DNA of 64,000 bases, from assembly GCF_025526975.1 (NCBI RefSeq), contig NW_026515678.1, forward strand, positions 62,001 to 126,000. Reading direction: 5' to 3'. The stretch's first letter is position 1, and every line of letters starts with the position of its first letter. Below, piece after piece: positions 1 through 13,472 of this stretch. The DNA comes from Fimicolochytrium jonesii (lineage: Eukaryota). The notes under the pieces were generated by a model. That model saw nothing but the letters and a program-made list of their open reading frames with translations. It searched no databases and was not told where the DNA came from. The position numbers and the translations under genes are program-made.

Positions 1-310
1 CCGCCGTTCGCGCGACTTATTGAAGAAAGAGAGAGCCCTTGTTGGATGTGATTGGACCCAAGACCGCGAGGAAGGTCGCACATACAATATGCCCTTACTC
101 AGAAATCCGCGCAACAGAATGCATGGGGCTCCTGCTGCTGCTGCTGTGCTTGCATATAAGAGGCCGAGGCATCTTTGTTCGCCGATGTTGACTTTTGGGC
201 TCTCTTCTTATCTACGTATTTCGATCGATTCTTCAACCTTCGGCGAGGACCATCTTTCGGTTGCTTCGGATAGGAGCTGTTTCTAGTTCCAGTCAGTACT
301 TACTGTTTCT

Positions 311-352
311 CCTCGCAGACCACCTCGCAGACCACCTCGCAGACCACCTCGC
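311..352. repeat. 12-bp tandem repeat (CCTCGCAGACCA x3.5)
   Basis: Perfect units at 311-322, 323-334 and 335-346, plus a partial unit at 347-352. Confidence 0.9.
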
Positions 353-1729
353 CTTTCCTCAGAGAGCCTGCTCGAGACCCACCCTTCGCCATCGCACCTA
401 TTTAGAGGCATCGCTCAAGCTGTTCGGCGCAGTCGTCGTATACAGGTGTCACTGGAACTTGTAGAAGTCCCCCATGAAACACCTCTCAACAACGACGAAG
501 CACCTCTTCTGTCTCGATCCCCACCGACCACTTCCTTATCGCCCATCGCCACTGCACCTCCACGTCGGTTCGCAGTCAGGGCACCATGTCATCGCACATT
601 TCGTTCCTCGGCACAGTCACGTCAACTGTCTCGGAACCTACCTCTTGATGACCTTCCCTCGCCCATGGCATATACCGTTCATCGCCGATGTAGTCGCTTA
701 CGATCTTCCCAGGATGGCACAGGTAAACCAGGCTCGGGAATGCTCTAAGAATGTGTAGTTGGACATGGTCCCATTTCTTTCCTGGATGTCCGAAAATCTG
801 TCCCCATCGCGCCCGTCCGAAAATAAGTGTCGGGTACGTACGTAAAATTCGAGCAACCTTATTATCCCGGTGGGATTGGCAAAGAAGTGACGACGGGATG
901 AGGACCAGGTCTCCTTCTGTGCGTCGACCCTCGTTCCTGAAGGGCAGCCCCCTTCCCCACCGGCATGCACTTCATGTACTCTTTGAACGGAAACTTCCTT
1001 GCGCAATGCTGCAATTGGGCTGGTTGAAGTTCTACTACGGGGACGTACATACGGTAGCCGTGCCCATGACCTCAAATAACACCGTCGTGCCCGTCGCTCA
1101 AAAAACCATGTGAATCCAATACGAGCATGCCCGAATTCAACTCGGAGCAAGTCCTGCTGCTACTGTACATCTGATATGAAGCCATTACGAGCTTTCTCCG
1201 ACAAGGGCTCTTTTCAGGCTCTTTGTCACGTTCGTGGCCAGTGTTCTGGATCGTTTCTGTATCGCAGGACGGAATGAGATTTGATGCACAAATGCCAATA
1301 AGCTACAAATTCAGCGCCCATCTTTGCCTTCCAAGCCTCCATCTCCCCGGCCAACAGCCTGAGCGTCCGAGATTCCCCCATCTCTTTCGCCAAGACTAAC
1401 ATCGACACAAACAGAGGAAGCCAGATTTCGCAACGCACGAAGGAATCCTTTTGGGTAATGCACACTGGCAAAATATGTTTTCAAACACAGAAGGAAACGC
1501 AGGCTTTCCACACTACAAAATTTCAAAAAAGAAAAAGGGGGGAAGAACATTCGAGAGGGAGACTCTTCTAAAGATCTCTTACTCTCCCCTTCTAACTGTC
1601 CCCTACATGTTTTATGACTTTCCTCTCCTCGAACGCGGCTATTTAGAAGTGATGTGTATGTGCCAAGGCAACAAAATGGTATAAGGCTACTTCATGACGA
1701 GGAAAGGAGAGAGGCGGGGAAGTGTCCAT

Positions 1730-3363
1730 TTATTGAACAGAGATGGTCGCCTCCGTTGGCTGCGTGTCGAGCTTGGCCTTCGACAACGTCCTCTCGGGGG
1801 CCGCAGGCATGGAAGAGTGTGCGGTGGCGTTTTCCTTGGCCATCATGATCTCGTACGCGACCTCGCCCATCTCGCTCATGTCGTTTCCGTGCTCGTGGTG
1901 GTCGGCTCCGGGGCGGATGTGGAGGCCGGGGATCTTGTTCAGGATGAACAAGATGAGGAGGGAGAGGAAGAAGGACCATGCCGCGATGGTAACGCATCCA
2001 GCGAGCTGGTACCCAATCTGCTTCCAGTTGCCGTCGACGGCGCCCCCGGCGATCACGCCGCCGTCAAGCGCAGCGACCCATTGCTGGGCGAAGAAACCGG
2101 TCAGGACACCGCCGACGATGCCTCCGATACCGTGGACGCCCCATGCGTCGAGGGAGTCGTCGAAACCGAAGTGGTCTTTCAGACGGCAGGCCATGTTGCA
2201 GCACACACCGGATGCGGCGCCGATGATGATGGCAGCCCATGGTGCGACGAATCCAGATGCGGGAGTGATTCCGACGAGACCGGCGACGGCGCCAGAGCAG
2301 TAGCCGAGACCGGAGAGCTTGCCGTGGCGGAAGAAGTCCCACCCCATCCACGAAAGGGAGCCAGAGGCGGCAGCGAGGGTTGTGACGAGACCAGCCATGG
2401 CCGCACGAGGGGTGGCACCGACGGCGCTTCCGGCATTGAATCCGTACCATCCGAACCACAGGAGTCCGACTCCGAGGAAGACGTTGGTCATGTTGTGCGC
2501 CTTGAATGGTTCGTGGTCGCTCAACTTGCGCTTGCCGGCCATCAGGCAGTAAGCAAGACCGGCGAAACCGGAAGCGATGTGGACCGGGCCTCCACCGGCG
2601 AAGTCAAGAGCGCCGACACCACATGGGGTGTCCATGATCGTGTCAATGCAGGAGAGCGACTTGAGCCATCCACGAGCGGACCATGTCCAGTATGCGACGG
2701 GGTTGTAAACGAATGTCGACCACAACAGGATCTGCAAGTGAATGGAGGGACAAAGATGAGGATCGGCTAGAAGGTGAAGCATAAGCCCATGAGAGTTCAA
2801 CTTACGAAGAGCATAGCTGGCAGCAATCGAATACGCTCAGCGACGGATCCGAAAATCAGAGCAGCGGTAATGGTCGCGAACTGCATTTGGTACAAAGCAA
2901 ACAAGATGCCGGGGATTGTTGGCGCGGTCAATGGAAGAGCGTCCGCACCGAGACCCTTGAGGCCTCCGTGAGCAAGGTTACCCCAGAAACGTCCTCCCGT
3001 CTCCGAGAATGATAATGAGAATCCGAACAGGACCCACTAATTGAAGAAAGGGTGATGATCAGAAAAGGGTTTCTCGGGAGGGTGAACGCGGTCCTCGAGG
3101 CTTACCTGGATAGTAATGATCGACATGGCCAGCATACTAATCATAATCAACGAAAGCGAGTTCTTCACGCGACTCAGACCAGCGTAGAAGAGACCGAGAC
3201 CGGGTGTCATGAAGAAGACGAGGGCCGTGCAGATAATGATGAACCCCGTTGAGGCGTATCCGTGCTCGACGAAAGGTGTCGCCCCAGCGTTTGTTAAAGG
3301 GTCTTGGAACGCCGTGCCGGCGACCGTGACGGCCGTGCCGTCGGTCAGGTTGAGAGAGGACAT
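1730..3363 (-). CDS. Ammonium transporter (AMT/MEP family), 3 exons (3363-3106, 3036-2806, 2731-1730)
   Basis: Motifs MTPGLGLFYAGL, DFAGGGPVHI, LLWFGWYGFNAGS, GLVGITPASG and DDSLDAWGVHG. GT-AG introns join the exons in frame. Confidence 0.95.
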
Positions 3364-5273
3364 GGTGGGGTGGGGTTATTCGAGTTGAGGATGGGAATTT
3401 GTGGTGGTGATTGCGAGACGGTGGGAAACTCCGAGAGGGACGCGATGCTCGAGACTCGAAAAGAGGAGCGAACTGCGAACCTCGTACTAAAGTCGCTACC
3501 AAACCAAAAGGAATGTGCACAGGTGTATGGAGTAAGGGCTGAGGACGGGTTCCGGCAATGGGGCCGTTGCGCTTATATACTTTGCGGGCCGGATAAGGAA
3601 ACAGGGATACGGACCGAAGCGGAGGGCGAGACTCTGGAGAAGGTTTGGGCGCGTTTCTGGGTTTGGCAGCAGCCCACAAACGCCATGAATCAGCACTTGC
3701 ATTATGCACTTGCCATATGAAGGGCCAGCCCTGATGAGATGGAGGGCAAAACATACGAGATCCCCCACGCCACCCCCACAGACACAAGCAACGGGAGTAG
3801 GAGATCAAAGATCTCTGATGGGCCGTCTCCCCCACAAATGGTAACACACATAACAGAAACCTGCGTAAATGTTTAGACGCCGATTGTACGGTGACGGTTC
3901 CACCTGCACATGCTTTGCCAATAATGTCTCTTGTTTTGAAGCTCAGCGATAATGCGATTAAAGAGGGGCGGTGATTCTTATCGGAGACAGAGATAGCGCT
4001 GCGAAGACATCTTCGAGGTACCACCCCCGGTTGATGAATACGCACAATCGAGACCGGTAGTTCGGACATCGATTCCCTGATTCCACAAACCCCTTTGCAT
4101 GTGTCAACAACTTTATGTCCAAGCCCCCCTCAAACGGAGGGGTCGTGTGGGGCTTCGGGAAATGTCGGAAGAAATAAACATGGACGCATTCACGTGACGT
4201 GCGCTGACCTTTGCGACTGCTGCGCCACTCAACCTCGGTTTTCCCATCTGATCTCCCAGGTCTCGGAAATCTCACTCCAATGCGTCCCAACACAATAGCC
4301 CAACACGACGATCTGGACATCAGACGCACGAGAAATACACCAGAGACAAGCATAGAGCATGTCCTGCTGTCTTTACTGTACGTCGCCAGTGCTGGACGTT
4401 GGATTGCAGGCTGGGAGATAGGATTGTCACTCTAGATTGCGTGGGAAAAAGTTGCTTCGACACCTGGACGATTACGAACCCGTCCGAAAACAACAGCTTC
4501 TCCAGCGAGGGGCGCATACAGCTTCCAGCTGAGCCAGAGGTCTCCACACCACGCTTTGCAAATTGCCTTCCGCGTCCGAGACCCACCTCTCGAGGTGGTT
4601 CTCCCCGTGGCCGGATGGTCCAGACAACAGAGCAACAGCAAAGCCCGCAAAGGTGTTTTCGAACTTACAGGTCTTGCATCGGGAGGCTGCCGTTTCTACG
4701 AACGTGGTGATCGAGATGTGAAAGCGGATCGGTTATCATGTTTGTCGGGCGGTGGTTTTTCCGGGGCAGGGTTTACGCGATTTCAGTGTTCTTTTGGGGA
4801 CGCTGGGGCCTGTTAGTCCTACATTTTGTTTCGTGCGGCAGATATGATATCCGTCCGGCATGCAGCACATCATTCGTCGCTACCACACCGACGATGAGGG
4901 CATCGATCGAGGTGGGGTATAGTGGATGAGGACGGCCTTCGAGGCAAGAGCGATGCAGGGTTGGCACTTCAACCATGCGTGGTATCGAGAGAGGCCGACA
5001 TCGCCATTCGCACAACAAATGTGAGGATCGACTCATACCGCGGGTGTCCTTCCTAGCAGGCCGTCCTAGCAGCGATGATTAAAGGTGGCCACGACGTCGT
5101 GTTGGAAAGACAGTGAAAAGCCGGAACGCACCGAGCGCTCGCCGTGATGATAGGTATCTTTCGGGCGTTTTCGAGCGCTCATTTGGGCGGTTCCGCTTTT
5201 CCGAGACCATATATATACAACTTGAGCAGGCGCGCCAGGCTCTCGAAAACGATGGTTGGGAAAGATGAAACTA

Positions 5274-5474
5274 CAGTAGGCTGCCAGATATCTGGTTACG
5301 ACGGGTTCGCCGAGCTTCCTGTGGATCCCAGAAGTCATGGGCTATTGTCAGTCTTGCCATGGGCTAGCGGTCGTGCTGAGAGGGTTTGCATGGGGGTCTG
5401 GAACTTGAGCCGGTGGCCATGTTCGGAATGATGCGTCCTTGGGGCGTCGTAACCAGATATTTGGCAGCCGACTG
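5274..5474. mobile_element. Non-autonomous Tc1/mariner-type MITE (201 bp)
   Basis: 30-bp terminal inverted repeats at 5274-5303 and 5445-5474 (28/30 identical, starting CAGT). TA on both flanks (5272-5273, 5475-5476). No transposase ORF. Confidence 0.85.
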
Positions 5475-6711
5475 TATATTGGAGACCTGAAAGGACGGAC
5501 AAACGGACCTGGGAAGGTTGACTGGGAGATAATCTGCACTTGTGTTGGATTTGTGGATTATTGGCATTTGTGAATGCTTTCCTCCGCCCTGCACATGTGG
5601 TAATGAGTCTTAGCGCATGACCCGACCATCTCTTGGATGCCGTACTGTACACAAAAGGGATGCAGGAACGATATGGCACCGTGCGTGACATGCGCCTGCC
5701 CTCTCGAAGGGCAATTTGCTTGGACTGCAGAGTCACCATGTGAATGCATGTAAACCCGTCGTCTCCACACTACTGTGGAATGCATCACAGGCAATCGTAG
5801 AATTCCTCCCGAATGCCCATCGGCATCTTGGCAAACCCAGGGGGACATTGACGTGCAACAAGAGGAAAAAATCTGTGCCATCCCCAATTCTTCACCGGCA
5901 TGCTCTGTCAAATGGATACAACGGTGGCATGCATCCCCAGTCAAACCCTGACGAATGCAAAGAAAGACTTGACGATGGCTGGAATATGCATTATGAAGAC
6001 ACAGACATGCCTCCAAAATGCGATCCCCTCCTTCCCATACAAAACTGCAGACGCGGCGATGCCATCACAGCTATCCAAAACGGACAGCATGACGACTGGC
6101 GCTGCTGAGTTGCTCCGAGTCGAAATCGAAAGCCGTACTGTCGGAAACGGCACAATCTGCTTAGTAATTGACGGCATCATGAAAAGGCGGGCAGATTGTT
6201 TAGTGGGCAGTGGGCACAGCCACCACGGGCGACGGAGCGCGTGTCTCTTTTCTCATCATTTGTCCGTAACAACCGAATACGCCTCGTGCAAACAACCTGC
6301 CAGTCGGGCGTCTCCCCTTCCCCCTCCCCATAACCGCCCACCGTTTCAGAGAACGAGTTTTCCCACTGGGAAAAAAAACTACTTGACACCCCCGCTTGCT
6401 GTATGCTCGCTCTCGTCGACACATAAACACAAAGACATTATTAATAATCCAGAAACACAGCATACTAATACCTACCCTCCCATAATACGCCAGCCACTGT
6501 TTTTATCCCCCTTCTCCAACCTCCCCAAAAATATCCCACGCTCAGCCGACGCTCAAATCCCGGCACCCGTTAACAGTTTCTGCCCTCCCGATTATTCCGA
6601 GCGACTAAAAAATCACATCTACTCGATTGGAAGTCGCTTCCCCCCACCTCTGGCCCTCCTGGAGTCTATCGTTAGCAAAGCTTGTATATAGAAGGTCAAT
6701 AATCGAGAAAA

Positions 6712-8104
6712 ATGACGGCCGTGGCTGAAAATCCTCGAAGCCCCGATGAGTTTCTTTCGGAATACTTGGAATGTGAGTATGAAAATGGGACTTCCCCATC
6801 CAATAATCCCACCACCGACACACAATCTAACATCCCGATCTCTCAGCAGCGATAGGAAACCTCCCCTCAGAGCTCGCCTTCAACATGAGCGTCCTGCGAG
6901 ACCTCGACGTGAAATTCCACTCCATGGTCGAGTCTATGCGGCATAACTCACGGTCCTATTCCGCGATTATGAAGCAGCGACGGACGGCGGGGTCGGCCGA
7001 GGGCGCGCCGGTGATTATTGGCGCGGATAAGGATGCGAGAGGGGCCTTGGTGGGGTATCGGCAGGATTATAAGATGGCGGTCGAGCAGGCGGATAGGAAG
7101 TTGGAGGCGAGTCAGAGAGTGTTGGATCAGGTAGGGGAGCGAGAGCGAATTGCGACCGATAGCGAGCGCGAGCGGAGCGAGTCCGCTGTAATACGGAGCG
7201 AAGCGAGTTTTTTGCGCCAAAGCGCAATGCTCCTAACACGGCATTTAGCGAGCTTCAGCGAGCGTCAGATCTTTTGCGAGCGAAGCGAGCACCACATTGC
7301 GCCAAAGGCGCAATGCTTCCCCTCACACAACCTCCTTGTCGCGATGTCAATCATCCAATCATCCAACCGTCGAACCAACCACTGATCATACTTTCCCTCT
7401 TTCGTAATAGTTCACATCCCACTACAGCCGCCTCGAAAAAGCGCTGCACCAATTCGAAGAAGAAGAAGCCGCGCGCCACTCGCACTCCACATCCACGCGG
7501 AAACGCAAACGCACAACGAGCGAAACTGACTCCCACATCATCGGGGTCACGCCCTCCCGGCGCCGTATCCGCCAAAAATCCGAGTCCGTCGCGCTGGAGG
7601 TCCCACAAACCATACCCGAGGTCGCGGTCGGGGTGGCTACATTGGGGATGAAGACGGGAACGTCGGAAGACGAGGAGGTGTATTGTATCTGCCAGCAGGT
7701 CTCGCATGGGGATATGGTCGCTTGTGATAACCAGGGCGTAAGTAACTTTTCCGTTCCCGATCTCCTCTCACCACAACGACCCAACTAACCTCATCCATCA
7801 GTGCGCCATCGAATGGTTCCACTACGCCTGCGTTGGCCTAACAACACCCCCCAAGGGTTCCTGGTACTGCACCACCTGTCTCTCACAAGGCATTGGCCGA
7901 AATCACCCTACACTGCCGACACCGGCGCCGGACGAGATTATTGATGTGGAGGGGGACGAGGATGTGAAGTTCATGGTGGATTCGGCGATTGCGAGTCCGG
8001 TGTCCAGTTTGGGGGAGGAAGGGAGAGGGAGTGGGAGGAAGGATACGGCGGCGGCGGTTAGGAGGAGGAAGAAGATGGAGGCGAGGGAGAGGGGTGGCGT
8101 TTAG
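6712..8104 (+). CDS. ING-family PHD finger protein (Yng/Pho23-like), 4 exons
   Basis: N-terminal [27 protein letters not shown] finger [37 protein letters not shown]. Introns 6773-6849, 7131-7410 and about 7738-7801. Confidence 0.9.
7165..7315 (+). repeat. Intronic hairpin module, copy 1 (two sub-modules)
   Basis: GCGNAGC at 7172, 7198 and 7280. Imperfect hairpin TTGCGCCAAAGCGCAA at 7212-7227 and perfect CATTGCGCC-AAA-GGCGCAATG at 7295-7315. Lies inside ING intron 2. Confidence 0.75.
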
Positions 8105-8520
8105 GAGGTCTCCTCGCTTTCGCCGCCCCCACGTCGTACCCGCTTGTCGTGTGCGTGGAGAAAGGGCCAGCTGTTCATCTATTTCTCTCTTTTTGGTCTC
8201 ATTCTCAACGCGGCGTGTCTTCCTCCACCCCCTCCTCTCTCCCTCTCTCATCGAGCGTAGTGCATCCATCCATATAGTACATTCCGCCGTATCTCTTCTG
8301 TATTACATAGTCCATCATCCTGGTTTCTTCGTACATAGATCTCCCTCTCCCTCTCTCTGCATACCCCATCCGCAATGTAATCAATATACACGGTCTTTTC
8401 AGTCTCATATTGTGGGTTTTCTTTCTCGGGGCTCAAGGGTCAGAAATAATTCACATTCATCAAAACTCAAAGGACATCCACAAAGATATGGACATGATCA
8501 CCAGCTTTCTTCACTCGCCC

Positions 8521-10644
8521 TCACCCCTCAGGAACCTCCTCCCCAACAATACGCCTAATCCTCCCCCCACTACGCCTATCCACTCCCCCAGCATCCACCT
8601 CATTCCCCCCATCCCTCCTCCCCCTCCTCGCGGGCACAGCATCATACCCCTGCGCCGCCCACGGTTTCCTAACGCACAACACAACCAAACACCCAATCGC
8701 AAACGCCGTGAGGGAGGCAGAGAGGATGAATGCCGGGCGGAAACAGTGGGTTCCTGTACACTGCGGGTGCTGCTTCGATGTATTGTGTGTCCCATCAGCA
8801 TGATCGGCAGATTTCGGCGTCCTCGAATCCATAACCACCCCAAAAACCATATTCAGCACCTGCCCGCCGACAGCCGGCCCCCACTGGAACCAACCCCAAT
8901 GGGTTCCAAACCCGGCTACCCCGAACCATTTGGAGACGATCACGGGGGCGGTGGAAAAGAGGGAGCCGTAGGAGAAGCCGACCAGAGTGGTTGCGAGGGT
9001 TAGGAGGTGTGTTGGGGGTATAAGCGTAGCTGTTGATGTTGACAAGGTGATGGATTCCGGTAGGAATGTGACGACCACCTGCGCGACAAACATGACCCCC
9101 GCTGCACCCAGCAAAAAGACAAGCCGGGGGGTAGCGTACCGGGAATATGCGGCGTCGGATGCTACGCCGGTGGTGATACGGCCGAGACAGTTAAAGATGG
9201 AGATGAGGGAGACGTGGTGGGCTTGGGTTGATGCGATTGAGTTGGTTACGACGGCGCGGGGGAGGAGGGTGGTGGTGGTGTGCGGCGGGGAGAGGGCGAG
9301 GATGATTGCGCCGATATTGTTGATGTACATGAGGCCGGTGCCGCTGAGGCTGAGGAAGGCGAGCCAGAGGATCCAGGCGTCGGGGCGGTGGAAGAGGGAG
9401 GTGGGTGCGGTTGTCACCTCGGCTGCGGCTGCTCCTTCGTCGTCTGGCTCTGAGTCGCTTTGCCTGTCTTCTTCCCCGATGAGGACGCTGGATTCTGTCG
9501 AGTTATTCCCCATAGACCCAGGGCTTATCGTCCCGACTACAGCCCTCCCAAGCTCTTTCGACACGTCCTGCAACCCCATCGAAGCGACCAGGTTTGCCCC
9601 GCCAGTCGCGAGAGCCAGGAAAAGCAGGAACCCAAAAGTGTCGATGGCTGTCGGACCGCTACTGGATCCCACGGCCTCTGAATGCTGAGCGACCGGATAG
9701 TAGAATAGTTTGCTGAGTTGGGAGAAGATGAAGGCTGACAGGCCGAAGAGGGAAACGGATGTTCCGACGACTAGGCCGTGCATGCGTGGGTCGAAGTTGC
9801 GAACGTTTGTTGTTAAAGCTGCGTTCTAGAATGAACCGATACGAGTGGTGAGCCCATGCATATTTGGCAGAACAGCGGCTTAGTGACGCAGTATGTACAT
9901 ACATAGCCCGCCGCAGACCCGAGTCCCACAGATGCGTAACAGATCGCCATCAACGCCGCAGACAGAGACGCCCTATACGCCAATGCTAGCATCAAAAACG
10001 GACAGTGTGAGCCGCTTCTTCCCCCAACAGCGTGTGTGTCGGAACGGCATGTTTCCCCAACTTACCCATGCATCCATATCCCGAAAACAGACAAAACGCA
10101 GACAGCGTCGCAGTCCGTCTCGGTCCATATCTATCCGTCAAAGCGCCCATGATCGGAGCTGAGAGATATATCCCGAGCCTGGGAATATGCATGAACGCAT
10201 GAGCTTCTCCTCCCGAATGACCAGTTACACGATCAGTCGCCAGCTCTTCCTGAAACGGCACCCACCTACCCGCCGCTACTTGCTATCAGGTTTGTCTGCG
10301 TCTGCGTGTATCCCACTGATATCGCAACTCCGCCCTTTAGCCAAGGCCTCGAAAATTGGTAACATTCCCGACAAACATATGGCTCTTACGTGTTGTACTG
10401 TAAGCCGAGAAGAGATATAGTGTTCCTCCGCATACCTAAAGCACCAAAGAGCGGTAAGCTAGAAGCCCACCAAGCAACAGTGCAACGAACCATGGAGAAC
10501 CCCTACCATGGAAAGCAGAGACGCTGCGAACGAGACATTCCGGGCGCGGAGCAGCTGGGGGAGCGTACGAGGCGGCCGGGCGGCCTGGGTGGTGGGTGAG
10601 AGGAGGGGCATCCTTTCTGCGGGGGGCGATGAGTCTCCGGGCAT
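8521..10644 (-). CDS. MFS transporter, Mch1/nodulin-like, multi-exon
   Basis: Hydrophobic helices and motifs GALTDRYGPRR, GLMYINNIGAII, SIFNCLGRITTGVASD and GFSYGSLFSTAPVIVSKWFG. Exact exon limits are uncertain. Confidence 0.85.
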
Positions 10645-10814
10645 CGTTGCTCCGGGTGAAGAAATTACCTGGAGCGCTGGAGCGCGGAGCTAAGTGGTTT
10701 GCGGAGCAGGAAGTATTGGAAGGCTCCCACGCGTGAGCTCATTGGGAATTGGTCCTTTTCAGAGCTCTCCAAGAAGGGTCTGAATTCGGAGCAGGAAAGG
10801 AGAGCCTCGGCACT

Positions 10815-13269
10815 ATGGGAAAGCATAAGGACCACGACCGGAAGGGCAAGGACAAAAGCGACAGGCACAAGAAGAAGCATAAGAAGAAGGATGGTCGCGA
10901 CGAGAAGGACAAGAAGCACCGGAAGGAGACGAAGGGCAAGAGGTCTAGATCACCATCTGGCTCGGAGTCTGGGAGCAGTGCGGATGAGTGGCTGGAGAAA
11001 GTAGCGCCCGGGTCGTCTAGTGTAAGTGAAAGACGCATTTCACACCGGGGGTTATGTAGGTTGTGAACTCATTTCGACACCTTTGCAGCAGGCACCAGCT
11101 ACGGACATAGATATCGCAACTCTAGCACCAACACCAGCAGCCGCTGTACGCGAGGACTGGATGGCAGCGCCGTTCGAGGGCTTCGACTTCTCTGGGACAC
11201 GAGGGATGGTCGTTCCTCGTAAGAAGGATAGGGACGTTGAGCGGGAAGAAGAGGAGAAGCGACGGTTGGCTATCCGCTCCGAGAGAGAGCTGAATCCATA
11301 TTTCGCGAGCGGAGGAGATGGGATACCGCCAACAGGGAAGGAGACGGCTGCACAAGGTACGCGAGTGCGACTTGTTCGAAATCACAGAGCTAATCCCATG
11401 CTAACTCGTGACCATTTCGAAGCAGAAGCTCCAAAACGACGCTACGAGTTTGGCGACAGCGGCTCGAATTGGAGGATGATGAAACTGCGGCGTGTCCTGG
11501 AGACGGCTGCGGAAGAGAGCAGGGGACTAGAGGAGGTTGCGCTTGAGCGATATGGCTCCCTGGCGGATTTCCACGACGCGCAAGAGGAACGAGCGTTCCT
11601 GGACGACCGCCGATCAGCAGGCGGCTCGAAGAAGGATGAGTTTGGGAGAGATATCCCGTACAGACCTACTGTGAGATCTAGTTCATCGTTTCAGCGACCG
11701 CCGCACGATGGGGCATCCGGAAAGCGGCCGGCGGATGATAGCAGGAGCGATACGTCGTCGAAACGGTCGAAGGTGGAGCTTTCCCGAGAGAGTAGCTGGG
11801 CGTCCCAGTCTCGCGGCACTCCTGTCATCCCAGCGGCGGTCGTGCCGATACCAGCCGCAAAGCCACCCGCACAAGCGGGGACCAGCTCCGCTTTTGGAGG
11901 CAAAGCGGAGGGGGCAATACTTTCGAAGAACGAGCTTAATGCCCTGAACTCTAAAGTTTTGAAAGCGAAGCTGATGGGACTTCCCAATGCAGCGAAATTG
12001 GAAGCGGAATATGAACTGCAGAAGAAACGAGCCGAGGGAGGGCGAGATAACAACGCAAGCCACGTTGTGCTTTCAGCAGTCGATAGCAGAGGCCAATTGC
12101 AAGATATCGGCTCAGGCGCGTCCACGCCTACGAGCCAAGGTCCTCAGCGAAAACGGGTGAAAGTGGATAAAGGAACTCACGACGCGCAGGGCAACCGCCT
12201 CCGCTACGGCACAGAGGAAGACAAGCAAGGTCTGACGGACCTCATTCTGCAGGAGAAGATGGCCGGAGTCCACGATTTCGACGCCCACATGGCGGATCGG
12301 ATCGCCAAAGACGCCACGTACGTGGACAACCTCGACTACATGGACGACAACATCGATAATCTCGCCAAACGGAAAACGACGACCGAACAGCAGAAGAGGA
12401 GTATCGCGATCGGCGATTTCCAGAAACACGAGAAGGCGGTGGCTAGATGTCCTTATTGCTATCATGAAGGGGAAAAGCCGAAGGCGCCCATCGTCGCGCT
12501 CGGCATCAAATCGTATCTTGCGCTGCCGGAGGTGGTTGATATGGTGCAGGGTCATTGTCTCATTGTGCCTATCGATCACGTTCTCACGACGTTGGAATGC
12601 GATGATGAGACTTGGGATGAGATTCGGGTTCGTATCATCGGTTTCCTTCGTGCGCTAATGGGCCGTATTTTTCCTTATATGCTTACATTTACCTATCTTG
12701 TCATAGAACTTCCAGAAGTGTCTGCTACAAATGTTTGCCGCGCAGAAGCAAGGCGTTGTCTTCATGGAGCAGGTCATAAACTTCAAATGGCATAAGCACA
12801 CGGTGATCGAATGTATTCCGGTGCCTCTCAGCAACTGGGAGGACTGCCCTGCTTACTACAAGGTACGCTGACCCTTCCTTCGCCCTCCGATTGTAATTCC
12901 AACCCTTATCCAATGCTTACATTGCCACCATAGGAAGCAATCCTAGCAGCAGACGAAGAATGGACCCAGCACCGCAAACTCATCGACACCTCCAAACACG
13001 GTTTCCGCCGCTCCATGGTCAAGAACCTCCCCTACTTCCACGTCTGGTTCGACCCCAACCGCGGGATGGGCCACGTCATCGAGGACCAGGAGAACTGGAA
13101 CGAGTGGTTTGGGAGGGAGGTTATTGCGAGCTTTTTGGATTTGTCGCCGGATAAGTGGAGACGCCCGAGGTGGATCAACCCGAAGGACCATGCGCCGAGA
13201 ATGAAGTGGTTTTTAGAGAAGTGGAAGGGGTATGATTGGACGGCGATGTTGGAGGGTGGGGCTTATTGA
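10815..13269 (+). CDS. CWF19L2: CWF19-like spliceosome protein (CwfJ domains)
   Basis: Lys-rich N-terminus, then RELNPYF, GDSGSNWRMMKLRR, CPYC...GHCLIVPIDH and LPYFHVWF...GMGHVIED. Ends YDWTAML. Confidence 0.9.
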
Positions 13270-13472
13270 ACGTACGCGATCTGCCGATTCCGCACGCATA
13301 CACGGTGGGGATCATCGGGTTCCATTTACAACATCACGGGCAGGGTAGAATGGGCCATACTTCAGCAGCAGAGTCGGCGCATTTTGGCGCGAAAAGCCTC
13401 ATGCACGTCGCCATTAAGTACAATACTTTCGTCTATCTGAGGACCATACCCGGAACTTCTATATTGTCACAT

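Noticed and set aside
698..1550. Short ORFs at the window start
   Set aside because: No motifs or consistent exon chain; possibly decayed sequence.
4578..4603. 12-bp imperfect inverted repeat
   Set aside because: Isolated, with no second copy, TSD or context.
5590..6070. Excess of ATGCAT/GCATGC words suggesting CpG decay
   Set aside because: Many CpGs remain, and significance cannot be judged without counting.
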